This document shows, piece by piece, positions 27,658 through 40,078 of a stretch of DNA of 64,000 nucleotides. The stretch's first letter is position 1; each line of letters opens with the position of its first letter. This DNA comes from Balanoglossus misakiensis (taxonomy: Eukaryota > Animalia > Hemichordata): assembly GCA_040954595.2 (NCBI GenBank), contig CM082592.2, positions 8,171,677 to 8,235,676 of the forward strand. The letters run 5' to 3'. The translations under genes and the position numbers were made by a program. Below the pieces are notes generated by a model. That model was not told the DNA's origin. It searched no databases and was given only the letters and a program-made list of their open reading frames with translations.

Positions 27658-27663
27658 AATAAA
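27658..27663 (+). terminator. Candidate KIF12 polyadenylation signal (implies a ~2.2-kb 3' UTR)
   Basis: AATAAA followed by a GT/T-rich downstream element. An opposite-strand AATAAA at 27829-27834 likely serves CDIPT. Confidence 0.5.
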
Positions 27664-27716
27664 TTTATTATTTTTGAAATGTTTGAAGGTTTGTGCCTGG
27701 TTTCCTGGTTTTTGAC

Positions 27717-27734
27717 GGGCGCCCTCTAGTGTCA
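27717..27734 (-). promoter_or_regulatory. CTCF-like motif between the convergent KIF12 and CDIPT 3' ends
   Basis: Reverse complement TGACACTAGAGGGCGCCC, lying between the two opposed AATAAA signals. Confidence 0.55.
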
Positions 27735-27933
27735 AAGGCTTCTCAGAAATCAACTTTTGTTTTTAGGCATGGTTGCCTCCACCATATGTGAACATAAAAT
27801 CTACAAACATTGCATTGATAGTGTAAACTTTATTTGATGAACTGCCAGTCTCAATGACATTTTACAAAGAATGTACTCTCATCTTAGGAAAAAAAAATTG
27901 TGTCATATTTATGTGTCTTAATAATTACACTTT

Positions 27934-27958
27934 TGAATGAATGAATGAATGAATGAAT
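27934..27958. repeat. (TGAA)n microsatellite
   Basis: Six TGAA units, in the likely CDIPT 3' UTR. Confidence 0.8.
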
Positions 27959-29092
27959 TCCAAATCTTATACATTTATCATGTCTTAGATGATACAGGAT
28001 CAAAACTTTCTTGGGAAGAATGTGGAAAATAAATAAATGTCTTCAAACGAAAAGTTTGCAATATATATATATACAGATGTAGCACACAAAGATGTTTATA
28101 AGGGCACTGCAACTCCTAACATAGAGTTCTTGCAAAACTATGCCATTCTGATCACGAAGTCATGACTTTAAAAATATCTTCAAATTTCTTGTGTTTTCAC
28201 GGCCTGCAAATAGACAGAGATCTGAATAACTGCCATGGTATAGGGGATGGCAAATCAACCACCAAGTCTGTATTAACCACTCAAGTACTGTATCTTTGAA
28301 AGAAACCAAGATGCACTTTTTAGAAACAAACAAAAAGTGATCAAGAAGGCAGAAGATGTTGCAGTACACTCACATGGGCCAACATTTTTTGCTGTTGCAA
28401 GAACTCAAAATTGTCTAGGAGGTCACATGACCAAGCCTGATTTCCAGTGTGTGATTTATATGGTATAAATGTTTGTATAATAGAGGCAATGTTATAACAA
28501 CTAAAAGCTGCCAATACATAAAACATTACACAATATAGTGTATGTATATATATTATTCTGATTAAAATGTTTAATGTTAAATCTTTTAAAATTGAAAGGT
28601 CTAAATCAAGGTATTACATCTCTATCACAGAACAACTATGACCATCACTAGCTACTCGAAAATGTTGGGGTATTGATTACCCTCTCTATCTGTCTCAGTA
28701 TTTGATCTCTCACAGAAACAATGAGCAACAGTGGCGGTAAACATCTAAGAAACACAACTTTACAATAAAAGTACAGTAGAATATATATGGTGGTTTAGTT
28801 GGAGTAACTTACAAGTCTTGTTTAATTGCTTTGTGCGTGATTGTATGTAATTAAGTATAATTTTGCCTGACTGAGCAAGACTTTACTAGTGTAGAGAAAC
28901 ATGACAAGGCCAGCTAGACCATTGCTCTATTGTAACAGTCCTACAGAATGCAAAGTACATGTAAGCACTTCTCAAGTTTATATAATTCTGACCAGAAAAT
29001 GAGAAACTTGCAATTGTCATTAAATGAATAATCAGATAATAGTACTATAATTTGAATATATCTTTTTTACAACTGATAGAACAGTATCTATT

Positions 29093-30967
29093 TTATTTAC
29101 TTTGTTCTTCCCTTGCATTGGCTCGTTCTTCCACGTCGACGATCCCGATGTTGCGGCTTGCGATGATCAGATGCAGGACGCTGATGCCCGCCTTCGCTAT
29201 GGCAACCGGCAGGCAGATGTAGAAGAGGAGTCTCCAGAATCCGATTGAGAAGACGATGAAGGGAACTGTCAAGATGCAAAATGGAGAATCTCGAGTCAGA
29301 GGTGGGAAGTGCGAGCCTGTTCAAAGTGTGTGATGTGAGATTGTCAAATCTGCAGTTTGGCAGCCTGGTTGAGGATTTATGCTTTATAGGACGAAGTGGC
29401 AACTTTTTACATATACACTGTAAAAGTCAACAGTCAGTGATGATGTCACAGAACATTTGCCAACAGTAAGTGATGATGTCATATAAATATGTGTAGATAC
29501 TCACTGATTGGTCCCTCTGTGAAGTACATCATGTACAGTGACACATAGCACAATTCATTTCCGCCACACATGAAAAATAACACAGGCTGTAAAACAAAAG
29601 ATGCAAATTCTTTATTATTCGATGGATCAAATAACTGATTTCCCAGTGAACATTACATCCTGCATTGCAAAGGTTAGGTACAGTAAAGTGTCTTAGACAG
29701 TATACTGAGCTAAGGTTACAATCCATCAAAGTTTCAAACAGAGAAATTGACACCTACCCTTGATGTGTAGTACAGGCGCATTATGGGATTTCCAGATGCA
29801 TCTATCTTTTTGTGGCTGGTCATTCCGATCATATTACAACTGTAATAGAGGTCAGAGGTCAGTAATGAATTTGGACTTTATGCTATCGTTTGCAAGTTTG
29901 GACAAGGTCTATATAACACATCATGCATTTCCTTACCTGTGCAAATGCATCCAGTGGCAGACGACGTCGATCGCCATGCTCATTTGAAAAACGAACATCC
30001 ATTTGGGATACAGGTGAGCCAAGACGACCATCAGACACATAGTGGCCGCTCGGTCCGTCAGCTGGTCCAGCATTGCACCAAACTTTGTAGCTGTTGGGCG
30101 AAGGAAGAGAATACGGCTTAATTTCCAGTCCACAGTTTGTGTGTTTATGTGTGCATGGTTGGTTGTGTGTGTGTATGAAACAGTCACAGTGTATTTGACC
30201 AAGAATGCAGGTCATACTAAACCGAATCGCGTCTAGTTGATTTCTGAGAGGACATTGATGGCTCTGATACTCACACTGACTCAGCATCCTGGCAGCATGT
30301 CCATCAAACGCATCCAGGAAAGCACTAAGCACGTAACAGAACATAGCAAGTGCATAGTCTGTTGGCATGTACCAGAATGATATAATATTGAGAATGATTC
30401 TGGCATACCCTGAAAAAAGGCAAAAGATACAAAAATTACTGAGGTCAGCAACTATAGCTCTTCATACAACAGTGTGCTTTTCAGATTAATAGCAATACAT
30501 ATCAGAATTAATGATAATAATTTTTATCATTAATATAATGAGCTTCACATTGAGCTTTGAATGACAGCTTAAAAACTGATTAAGTTTTTTCATTGCAATT
30601 ATAATCACTGTGATTGCATTGAGCATCATACAAGCACTGTAGTGTATGTACAAAACTCAGGTACACTGTATGTTGACATCTGTGAAATTGTTGTCATAAT
30701 ATTTGTCAACAAGCAGTTTTGATCGATCTCGATTTCTCCATATGTGTCAAATTCAACAGCAATTTATCACCTTTGCCCACAAGTAAAACCCTGATTTATA
30801 CAGATAAGCAAATCAATGTATGCAAAGAACCGTGATCAAGGAATAAAACGTTCCTAATTTCCACTGCACTGTCATGTCAATATCGGAAGCCATGGAATGG
30901 ACATCATGCAACCATGATGCAACTCACCTATGATGTTTGGAACAAACAGAAAGATATTTTCAGACAT
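29093..30967 (-). CDS. CDIPT: CDP-diacylglycerol--inositol 3-phosphatidyltransferase (phosphatidylinositol synthase), ~221 aa, 6 exons
   Basis: Exons (minus): 30967-30928, 30409-30275, 30090-29937, 29839-29758, 29586-29505, 29265-29093 (666 nt). MSENIFLFVPNIIGYARI; CDP-alcohol phosphotransferase motif LDAFDGHAARMLSQSTKFGAMLDQLTDR; SHKKIDASGNPIMRLYYTSRPVLFFMCGGNE. Confidence 0.95.
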
Positions 30968-31437
30968 CTTGTTTTGTTTCTCTTGTCGTGCTTATTTAGC
31001 GCTTGCCTGTAACAGTTACAAGATGTCTTCCCACAGATCGACTGACCAGTTTTCGCTGGAACAGCTCATTGAAAATACTTGACCTTTGCTGATTAGCGAA
31101 CCATATTGATTTGTGTGTGCAGCGCCCTCAAAGCAGTATGCTTCTTTTGTTTTCACTGAGACGAATATACTTACAGGAGTAGTACTAGTCGTACTTGTTT
31201 ACACTTTGAATTAAAATTTAAAAGAAATGTAAGATAACAGGCAAACTTTAAATTGGTAAATGTTCCCAGTGAAAATATTTATCTGCCATCCGGCCACCGA
31301 CACGTTCATTTCAGGACGGGGTGCCCTCACTGAGGTGGTGTCCCCCCGATTTACCTTAACGAAACAACAAACAAACGCCCGATCCTGCGTAACAACAAAT
31401 TATTTATTCAAAATGGCGACAAACCTCGTAGGTGAAG
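30968..31437. promoter_or_regulatory. Probable bidirectional promoter between CDIPT and the uncharacterised gene
   Basis: Divergent start codons only ~470 bp apart; locally CpG-richer; AAAATGGCG (YY1-like) at ~31410. Confidence 0.65.
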
Positions 31438-34400
31438 ATGATGAGCGATTCCGTAGATTTTCCGCTTGAAAATCGCCGTCTTGCTTTGTTGCTCGCACGT
31501 GCACTTAGACAGGCCGACGCCGAGAGATTCTTCACTGTGTATGACGACATTATACCGCAAGATTTACCCATAACACAGGTAATACTTTCAGTCAAGTTTG
31601 ACACGGAGCGCTGTACGCTCCTGCCGTTGTAATGCAACTTTGTATGAAACACATTCCTTCTGCGGCTTCCGCAGTCATTCTCGTCGCGGACTTGTCGTTG
31701 CATGTATTTCTCTGATATACAATAGCGAATTTTGGACTTTTTCTTCGTTTTTCTGTATTATTGTTGCGGCCATAGTTTTAATTAGTTGTAGAGTGACACA
31801 GGTTCCCTGCTTTGACATTATTTTGATGTTTATTGCATTGAAATATCACTCAGCCACTCGAACTCGTCGCATCCCGTCTGCTGCAAAAACCAGGGTCGTG
31901 CATTAGTCTGCACCGCGTTTTCTATCTGCAGCTGTCGTGGGGAGAATGCTTTCATACATGGCTTTATAATTTCTATTTCTAAAATGACCTGAGTAAATCA
32001 TGAGTAAATACATGTAAATTCTTTTCGGGCGCACGCACCGTTATATGCGTATTGATGAACCTGGCAAATTGTACATAGAAACCACAATGCGAAACGCCAT
32101 CACAAGCCCGTGGCCTTTTGACCCAGCAGGCTGATACGTAGAGCTGACAGCTGGCGTGGTGTGTCATGCGCTTTCCATCTCACAGTCCAGGTCTGCATAC
32201 TGCCCTTGTAAAAATACCTTCACCACTTCTCTCCGCTGTGAAAAACCATCCACTAGTAACTAGTAAGGAAATGTACATTCTTATTGTAATACTGTGTTTT
32301 CTGTTTTAAATTTGAAAAAAAAAGATCTATCTTTCCTTTTAAAATTTTTTTGCTCAGTGATGGTTGGCTGTGGATGTTTGAGTATTCAAGTCATGCAGCA
32401 GACATAGTTTTCCATATTGTTGATCTTCATCATGGTTGAATTTGATTGAGTTACATTCGTATGCGATGTCTTTTGCCCAGTGAAGATAATCGTGATTAAT
32501 TCCGTCTTGTAAATTGGGTCGCAGTGATAACGCTGGATGCACAGTCGGTTTTCAATTTGTGGAGAAATACCCAGCGTCTCACTGTGGAATCGAGCATTCT
32601 ATCATTTGGTGGAATTTTTTCCACCATTGACTAACAGGCTGATCAACATGTTAGCTATGTGCAATGGTATTTGGAGTCAGTATTGGGCATATCCAAAGGG
32701 CAGCCGTCATGTCGGCCTTGTTGAGTTTCAGACTTTTTTTTTGCTATCCTCCTGGGTTATAACGAAGCAGTACAATTAATTAAGAAAAGTATATAGTGCT
32801 TGTATTTACCGACAGTTTGTGCAGTGAATGCTTAAAAATTTGAACTAAACATGCAAGTTTCCCTAAACAGGAGTAATGCTGGCCTTTTTGTAGTTTTGGA
32901 TTGTTATTCATCAAGTCAAATCGTATTCTAAATTTAGAAGTTTTATCATAGAATATTCTTGTTTATTCTTTTTTTTTTGGAATGTGTTTTGTCTCGCAAG
33001 TGTTTTGGCAAGTTTTGTCCTTTTGGTCAACTGGGCTTTGATACCAGTTGACAGTTCAAATGCTCAAGGTTGAATCTGCGTATGGCCATAATTGATATCT
33101 TGGTAATCTTGTAAAAAATCAAACAATAATTAATAACAACATCGCATATCCTAATAATTGCAAAAACAATTAAAATGTGGGAGAAAAAAGTGATGCAGGG
33201 ATAGGATCCTGATTCATCATGAATCATGTGGGCTTTTTTTGCAACTTTGTGGGTCTGAAACCATAGAAACCAACTTGGAGGGGAATGTAAACTTGTCAGA
33301 AATACAAGATGGTGGCAACAGTTAAGTTTACTTTAGAGGATGGAAACAAACAACATATCGTCTGTGTCAATATGAGTCACCACTGAAGCAAAAAAATACC
33401 ATTATTACATGTTTATACAGAAATGTATTATACATTTTCTCAATGTCAAACAGGCTTGATGTTTCGAAAACCATGTGTGTCACTCAGGGTATATCGTACT
33501 GTAAAACAAAATTTCAATGTCTCAATCAAAGAGCCTTTGTGAGTTCTTTGCTTTTTTATTTGAATTTCAGTAGCAGGCATTATTGTTTTAGTGTTCATTC
33601 AATCCAATAAGAGACCACAGAATGACCTTGTACGTTCTTTACTTGTGTTGAATTATTTTTTTGATAAACTGAATAGTGTTTAGTCGTTGGTATTTACTGG
33701 TTCGTCAGGTAAACCTGTGTCAAAGCAGATGTCAAATTTATATTCCGCACGCAACCACCGACATGGTTATATTTATTGACCTCTTCTCTATTAATAACCT
33801 GCACATACCCTGGCAGACATATCCACTCATTATGTGGTTTTACACACAACTTTAGTGTCACGTCTGATGCATGGAACAGACAGGCATTTTTATTTTGCAC
33901 ATAGACATTCAATGTGTTTTGAATTCTTGTCAAAAAAATGTGTTTTGCAAAAACGGTTAGTGTCAGCTACAGGTGGATGGTTTATGGCTAATAAAATGAA
34001 TATGGAGCAGTGACAGTATTGCTGACATTGAAAAATTAAACTTTACAGTGATTTTGTATAAAAATGCTGCTTTTTGCATATTTTCTGGCAACTTGCGTTT
34101 CAGGTAATGCTTAAAGGTATACAGTCGCCTCTTATTTACATTTATGTTATGTTTTTTTTCCCCCGATTTTTTTTAGATTGAAGCTATCAAAGAATCAGCC
34201 CGGGAGCTGGCAGACCTTCCGCAGGAGGAATTCCGGGAAAAGGAACAGATTTACATCAGTATGAACTCTGCTAATGACCCGGTAGTGGACAGTGGGCTAT
34301 GTAGCGTCAGCAGCAACAGTAGTCTGCATAGTCAGGATTACCTAACTGAGGAAAGCGACATCTCCAGAAAAGGAATAAGACGCGCAGATTCCTTGAGTAA

Positions 34401-37400
34401 AGATGACACTTTTGCTTCCGACGGCGAGAACGGGGAGGAGGTGACCTCGAGACGCTACATGGGCGACACCGCGCCTTTCGGCGAGCCGGTGTGCTACGAC
34501 GCGGTGGCGGCCTCGGCCATGGAGCTGATCAGCGACAGGAGCGCCAGCGAGAGCATCACCTGCCCAGAGCCGGAACCCATCCCCTGCAACACCCAGGCCA
34601 GTGTCATCGAGACGGTCGAGCAGGAGCTGCGCTTGGAGAAAACTGCGGCGGCGACGGCACACAGCGAAGACGACGACGACCGCTGTTCGCACCGCAACGA
34701 ACAACTCTCCAGTGAGGATATTCACCATTCGGGGGAGGGCGAAGCGACAGGTGATAGCAGCAATGGAAAGAAGAAAAAGAAACGGAAGAAAAAGAAAAAG
34801 AAAGGTTTGTGCTGTTTTTTCAATAGGAGTAATAATACGCCATTTTAATTAACACTTTGGAAAGGTGCTTTTCACGAATATCGAACCCACTTGAATTTGT
34901 AAATAGAGCATACTGATAATATCCAACAGCTATTTAGACTCATTCAATGAACATGCATAATTATCGTAAACCATATTTGCCATAGTGATAAAAATAGCTA
35001 TTGCCACTAGACCGTAAAAAGTGAAAGGGTCGAAACATGAAAGCGTTATAATATTTTTTTATAAACACTTGCATGGATCTTAACCTCTATCATCCCTCGT
35101 CCCAGTGTACTGGTCCAAACCATTGTGGTCAAACTGTTGTGGTCAAAAGGGGTCAACATTGCTCCTTGGCTCAGCAATGTCTAGACAATTGTTGTTTTGA
35201 AACGGCGGATAAGCTCACTTTAGCACCTACGCGTTTAGCACACCGATGTGCCTGACAGGGTTTGATTTGGCATGAATAATTCATCGGGGGTCATTTCGGC
35301 GTTTGGCGCCAATGGCATTCTGTCCGTTGGTTCTTACAGTGAGAGTGCACTAGCAGTTGTTTCAGAGTGTCATGTGTCGCGATCCCATGTTTTGAATATG
35401 ATTATTTAAACAGGTACATGATGTTTATTATTGTAGGATTCCCGCCCCCAGTCACCACCTTTCCAGCTGCCACACCACCTACACAAAAAATAAAAGATGA
35501 TGTAAATTATAAAAACTAAAAATGTACAGAATAGATGTGATAAAACAAAAAAAATGAACGTGACATCATACATGTTGTACAACATGGACAGTCTTAAATT
35601 GTGTTGGCATTGTTCCAGACTTTTCAAAAAAATTATGTTCAGTTGTGTGTTCCGAGCCAGTAGCGAAATTAGACTACTTTTTCCATGTGAACAATAATAA
35701 AAATCACAAAAATGAGGGCATTATTTACAAAGTAACCTCAAGACAGCTCTTGATAGCGACACAGCCAAATGGAAATGGAAATTCTATCTGTCATTTTTAG
35801 TATATGAACCTTAGTGCTCAGCTCAGCGTTGTTGTGTTTCGAAATAGCATCATAATCCATTATCCATCAAGGGGCTCCATCATCTCCCAGTATTAGGTTA
35901 CACATTACATTGTATAGCATCATTCGGCCGGTATAATTTTCAAGGTGAAACTGAGTGAAAAGCAAATTGATAAAGTATTTCAGTTTAAAAGAAAGACCAA
36001 CACTGGTGGGGTTAGCACATCAACATCACCATGTATGTCGGCACCTTGTCGGTAAAGTTTTGTATTGACACAAAATCATCAATGTCGACATGCTACATGT
36101 ATGTCAGCCAAGAGCCAGGTACATGTACATGTACGGAGTTGGTTTGAGGGGGGAACAGTCATTCAATACTAGCTCAACAAACTGGAATAAGTGTTAAGCT
36201 GCATGCAGAAAGAACTTCAGTAGTGAAACGTATTCGTAACAGACACACACTTGATATTTCCACAGAACGTGTGATCTGTTATTTGTATGTAAGATTATAT
36301 TTGAGACAGCAGTACTGGTATTTTCTTTTTCCGTCCATCCATCCGTCGCATCCATCCAATCATGGATCACATGGTCTCTGTGAAACTACTTACCTCGTTA
36401 TGGCAATATAGGTTTTCATTTTCTATGGCTGCACATTGCTGGAAGAGATTCTCATTTCTAGACTGGGAAGGATTTCTTATGTCTTGTTTACTTGGAGACG
36501 GGACTGAGCACTAAAACTGATATAGGATGTGTGGCATTGAAAGTAGCAAGATGTCCTCTCTTTAAGTGGTGGTGTATATTTCTTTGTCTGGTAATTAAAT
36601 GAGCAAGTCAGTTTGTCATGGTCAAATAGTATTTGCTGGCGTGTGGCAAGTACATGTAATGGTACTTGTACACGAAAAACTGCAAGTTATATTATTCATA
36701 TGGCCGTGATTGGCGTTTGTGACATATTTGGTATATTAACAGCTGTGGGTAGTATGTGTGGGCGAGTTTCATCGCTTTGGGCAATGTATTCTGTCTGGTT
36801 AAAGTGGTTTCATAGGAATATGATATCATGTTACAATGTCTGCTTGTTCATGTGACGTGGTTGTCCAGTAAAACATTGTTTACAAATAATATTAGCGTTT
36901 TAAACGTCTGTCTGATAGCGATAATATGTGGTGTATTTTTTATTCTCCTGGAACCCATCATGTACATGCAGTATCAGCACATGCTGAGTCATAAACAATT
37001 CAGTGGTCCATTGAGTTGTATAGCACTGATCATGTGAATGGTTAAAGTCTGCTTTCATATTAATAGAAATCAATCCTTGTAGAATATAGGTGTGTTTCGA
37101 AAATTGAAATAGTCACACCTGTACGCAAATGAGTATCATGTAAATAACATGTCACTTGTGATGCAGACTATTAAACACCCAATCAGACGGCACAACTGTG
37201 TGTGTTTCAGGTCATGCCTTAATCACTATTCAGTCGAGCTTTAAAATCTTTGGGCATCCATCCTATAGTCGTAATAACCTTTTAAATGGTCCGTCTGATG
37301 AATTAAAGTGCAGTGTTAATGCCAAGTGACCTGTCGGCGACCTACCACCCCCAGCGACCTTTACTGAATAATTTCCTGAGATGAAATGCCAATGCACAGA

Positions 37401-40078
37401 TTGCATGCCAACCGCGCACATGTATGTAACAAAGACATCCGGCTTCTCTCTCTGCAAATCATGATGAACGGCTTGCTATGCCGAGTGACTCTTGAGTCTG
37501 TACTGTAATGTGATATTTGTTTTGGCAATAACCACTGTGACCCTCCTGTTGAGCAGGATAGGACCGTGAGATGTTCGTTTGAAAGTCCAGTGTACTTAAA
37601 AAACACTTGTCCGTAAAACCCTTTTTTTCCAAAGCTATATTGCACAATAGAGTTAACATAAATTTCCATATGTTGTAAGTCTATTTACCAGAAAGCATAG
37701 TATCTGAACTTTTTTGTTTTCCATTAGTAGAGGAGTGTATTTGCCAGCTTACATGAAAATACTCTCCTGCATATTGTCTACTTTCACATTTGAACTGGCT
37801 AGTCTGTTTTCGCTTCACACAGCTCTCTGCTAGAAATCATAAACTCATTTAGAGACCACCTTCACCTAAGTTGTCTAAATTTTCTAATTCCTTTGATTTC
37901 TTCTACAGCAAAAGAAGAAACCCCATCTGGTCTCGTGTCGCCGGCAGAATCTGCGTCATCCGACCAAGCTATGTACCCAAAGGAATTCAAATATCACGGC
38001 AGTCCCAACAGGGTGTCCCTAGTGGCAGTCGATGGCAAGTATGTCACCGGGGTCAAAGTCACCGGCAAGTACATGGTGCAGAGAACAATGAACCAACAAG
38101 TGAAAGTGCCTGTGGAGGACTCGACGAAAGGGAGCGGCGGAAACGCGAACACTCAGGAAGTTGATCTGGGAAGGCAGGCCTATAGAACTAGCAAGAAAGA
38201 AAATAGCATTAGAGATAAGCCTGACAATAACATAAAGGGTGACGTTAGCGACACTGCCAGGGAACTAACCGACGACTCTGTCTTGAATACAAAAAACGGC
38301 AATAAGGGGATATCTACAGATCATGACAGTATTGCGGTGATGCCCGGGAAGGAGCTGTCAGCGGAAAATGACTCTTCGGAAAGTGGGCTGGGAAGCTGCG
38401 AGGATAAAAGCAGTACTAGCCATTCGGACGATAAGGAGAAAAGGCACGACTGCCCCGGTTTGGAGCCAGAGTTCGAACTGGAGGGTCTCATAGTCGGGTC
38501 GAAAAGGACTGAGATCGGAGGGAACGACAAAACTTATTACTGCGAACTGGAGCAACCTGTTGAGGATAGTTTTGAACTTGTGGAGAACAAGCGTAGCAAG
38601 AAGCGCCAACAGAAGATGCAGTCGGAACCGGGCGCCGGCGAGACGAAGTTCGATGCGCGTCAGAAAGCCAAGGGGAGCGGCGCAAGATACCGGGCTAAGG
38701 GATCGTACATGGACTCCAAGAGCAAACCACCTTTCAAGGACAGCGCCATGTATGCGTTTCATCACTTTGCTCAGCTGGAAGGGCCGGCCAACGTTGATGC
38801 CGATCAGGACTCGCAACACCAGCCCTATGCAAGGAGGCAGAGACCCAACTCTGCCAAGGCGTCGGATCGCAGGTACGAGGAATCGGTGAGAAATTCACAC
38901 CCACCCGCGATAGGTATCCACATATCAAGAAGCGAACCTCATTTACCTTTGAAGAACTTTGAGGAGAAAGTTGTCTTGTCGAGGGGACAGCTCAATGGAA
39001 TTCTTTTACCCCAGTCTTTGAAACAGAACTTTTTCCCCAAGGAGACCTACTCATGCACGGAAGCATTACGTTTTGACAGCAGCAGTAGCAACAACGAGAA
39101 GACTTTGACACGAAGCGACAGCCTGCCGGAGATTCCAGTCTCTCAGGGGGATTTCTCGGTCTCTTCGAGTCACTCAGATGTGTGTTCTGTGGACGATACC
39201 TATGCAAGTCGGCTGAAGAAGAACCTTGTGTCTATGCCAAATGCCCAGCTGCCGACCACAGAAAGCGTCGCGGCGGCGGTGGTGGTCGCGTCCACTGCGA
39301 AGGAAAATGAGCGGAGTAACTCGGGCAACGCTGCTGCGCTGGACAGTGTGCAGACCTCGTGTAGTGACGTAGCCTTACAGCCGGCGGGCGGCGCGCGAGA
39401 GAAAGAGCTGCCAACTGCCTTGCAGCCGAAACCTTCAGACAGCGCCGACGCCATACAGTTTCTGTCCGCGTTGAAAACGGAAGAGTTGAACTGCAAGCGG
39501 GCCGACGAACTCAAGTGGAACGACGGCAGCCGGAAAGCCACGGAGAAGTCCAACGGGCGTAATTCCGTGAAGGGGACGAATAAGGGGATCTTCTTCCCGC
39601 TGAGCGATCCGGGTGCCTTAGGAGGGGACGAAGACTTGGGAATTAGCTTCGGAACTGTTGTGTTCAAGAGTGGCCATCTTGTGATTGACGCTGCAGATGG
39701 CAGGGACTCTATCAAAGGCGACAAGAAGACTGAGGTGGAGAGAGAGAAACACGAATGCGCAAAGTGTGACGATTGTAGGACTTTCAATCATAAAGATGTC
39801 GCCCGTTTCTTGGAAAGAGGTAGGGATGATTTCCTCACATTTATCCGTGATGCAGTCTTTTTCTTCTTTTAATTTGTAGCATTGGCCTTTTCAGAGGGTA
39901 TTGTTCTTCGGTTATTGGTCCCCCTCCCCATCGTACCTATTATGAACACGCCCTTGCCTTGTTTGTGTTTCGGATTTCTCATCCATGACATTGTCTCGTC
40001 TTCTCCCCCACAGCATGGAAGAACATCACCAATGATACCGGTAACGAAGGAACGGTTGTCTACTACTCTGAAGGTTGA
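31438..40078 (+). CDS. Uncharacterised ~914-aa, largely low-complexity/disordered protein, 4 coding exons
   Basis: Exons 31438-31578, 34177-34804, 37909-39819, 40014-40078 join in frame via GT-AG (2745 nt). Two large GC-rich exons match ORFs 34261..34848 and 37893..39872. Poly-K NLS-like run (KKKKKRKKKKKK); C-terminus FNHKDVARFLERAWKNI...VVYYSEG*. No catalytic domain recognised. Confidence 0.75.

Noticed and set aside
38321-39787. Minus-strand ORFs within the large exon
   Set aside because: Antisense shadows without independent splice or domain support.
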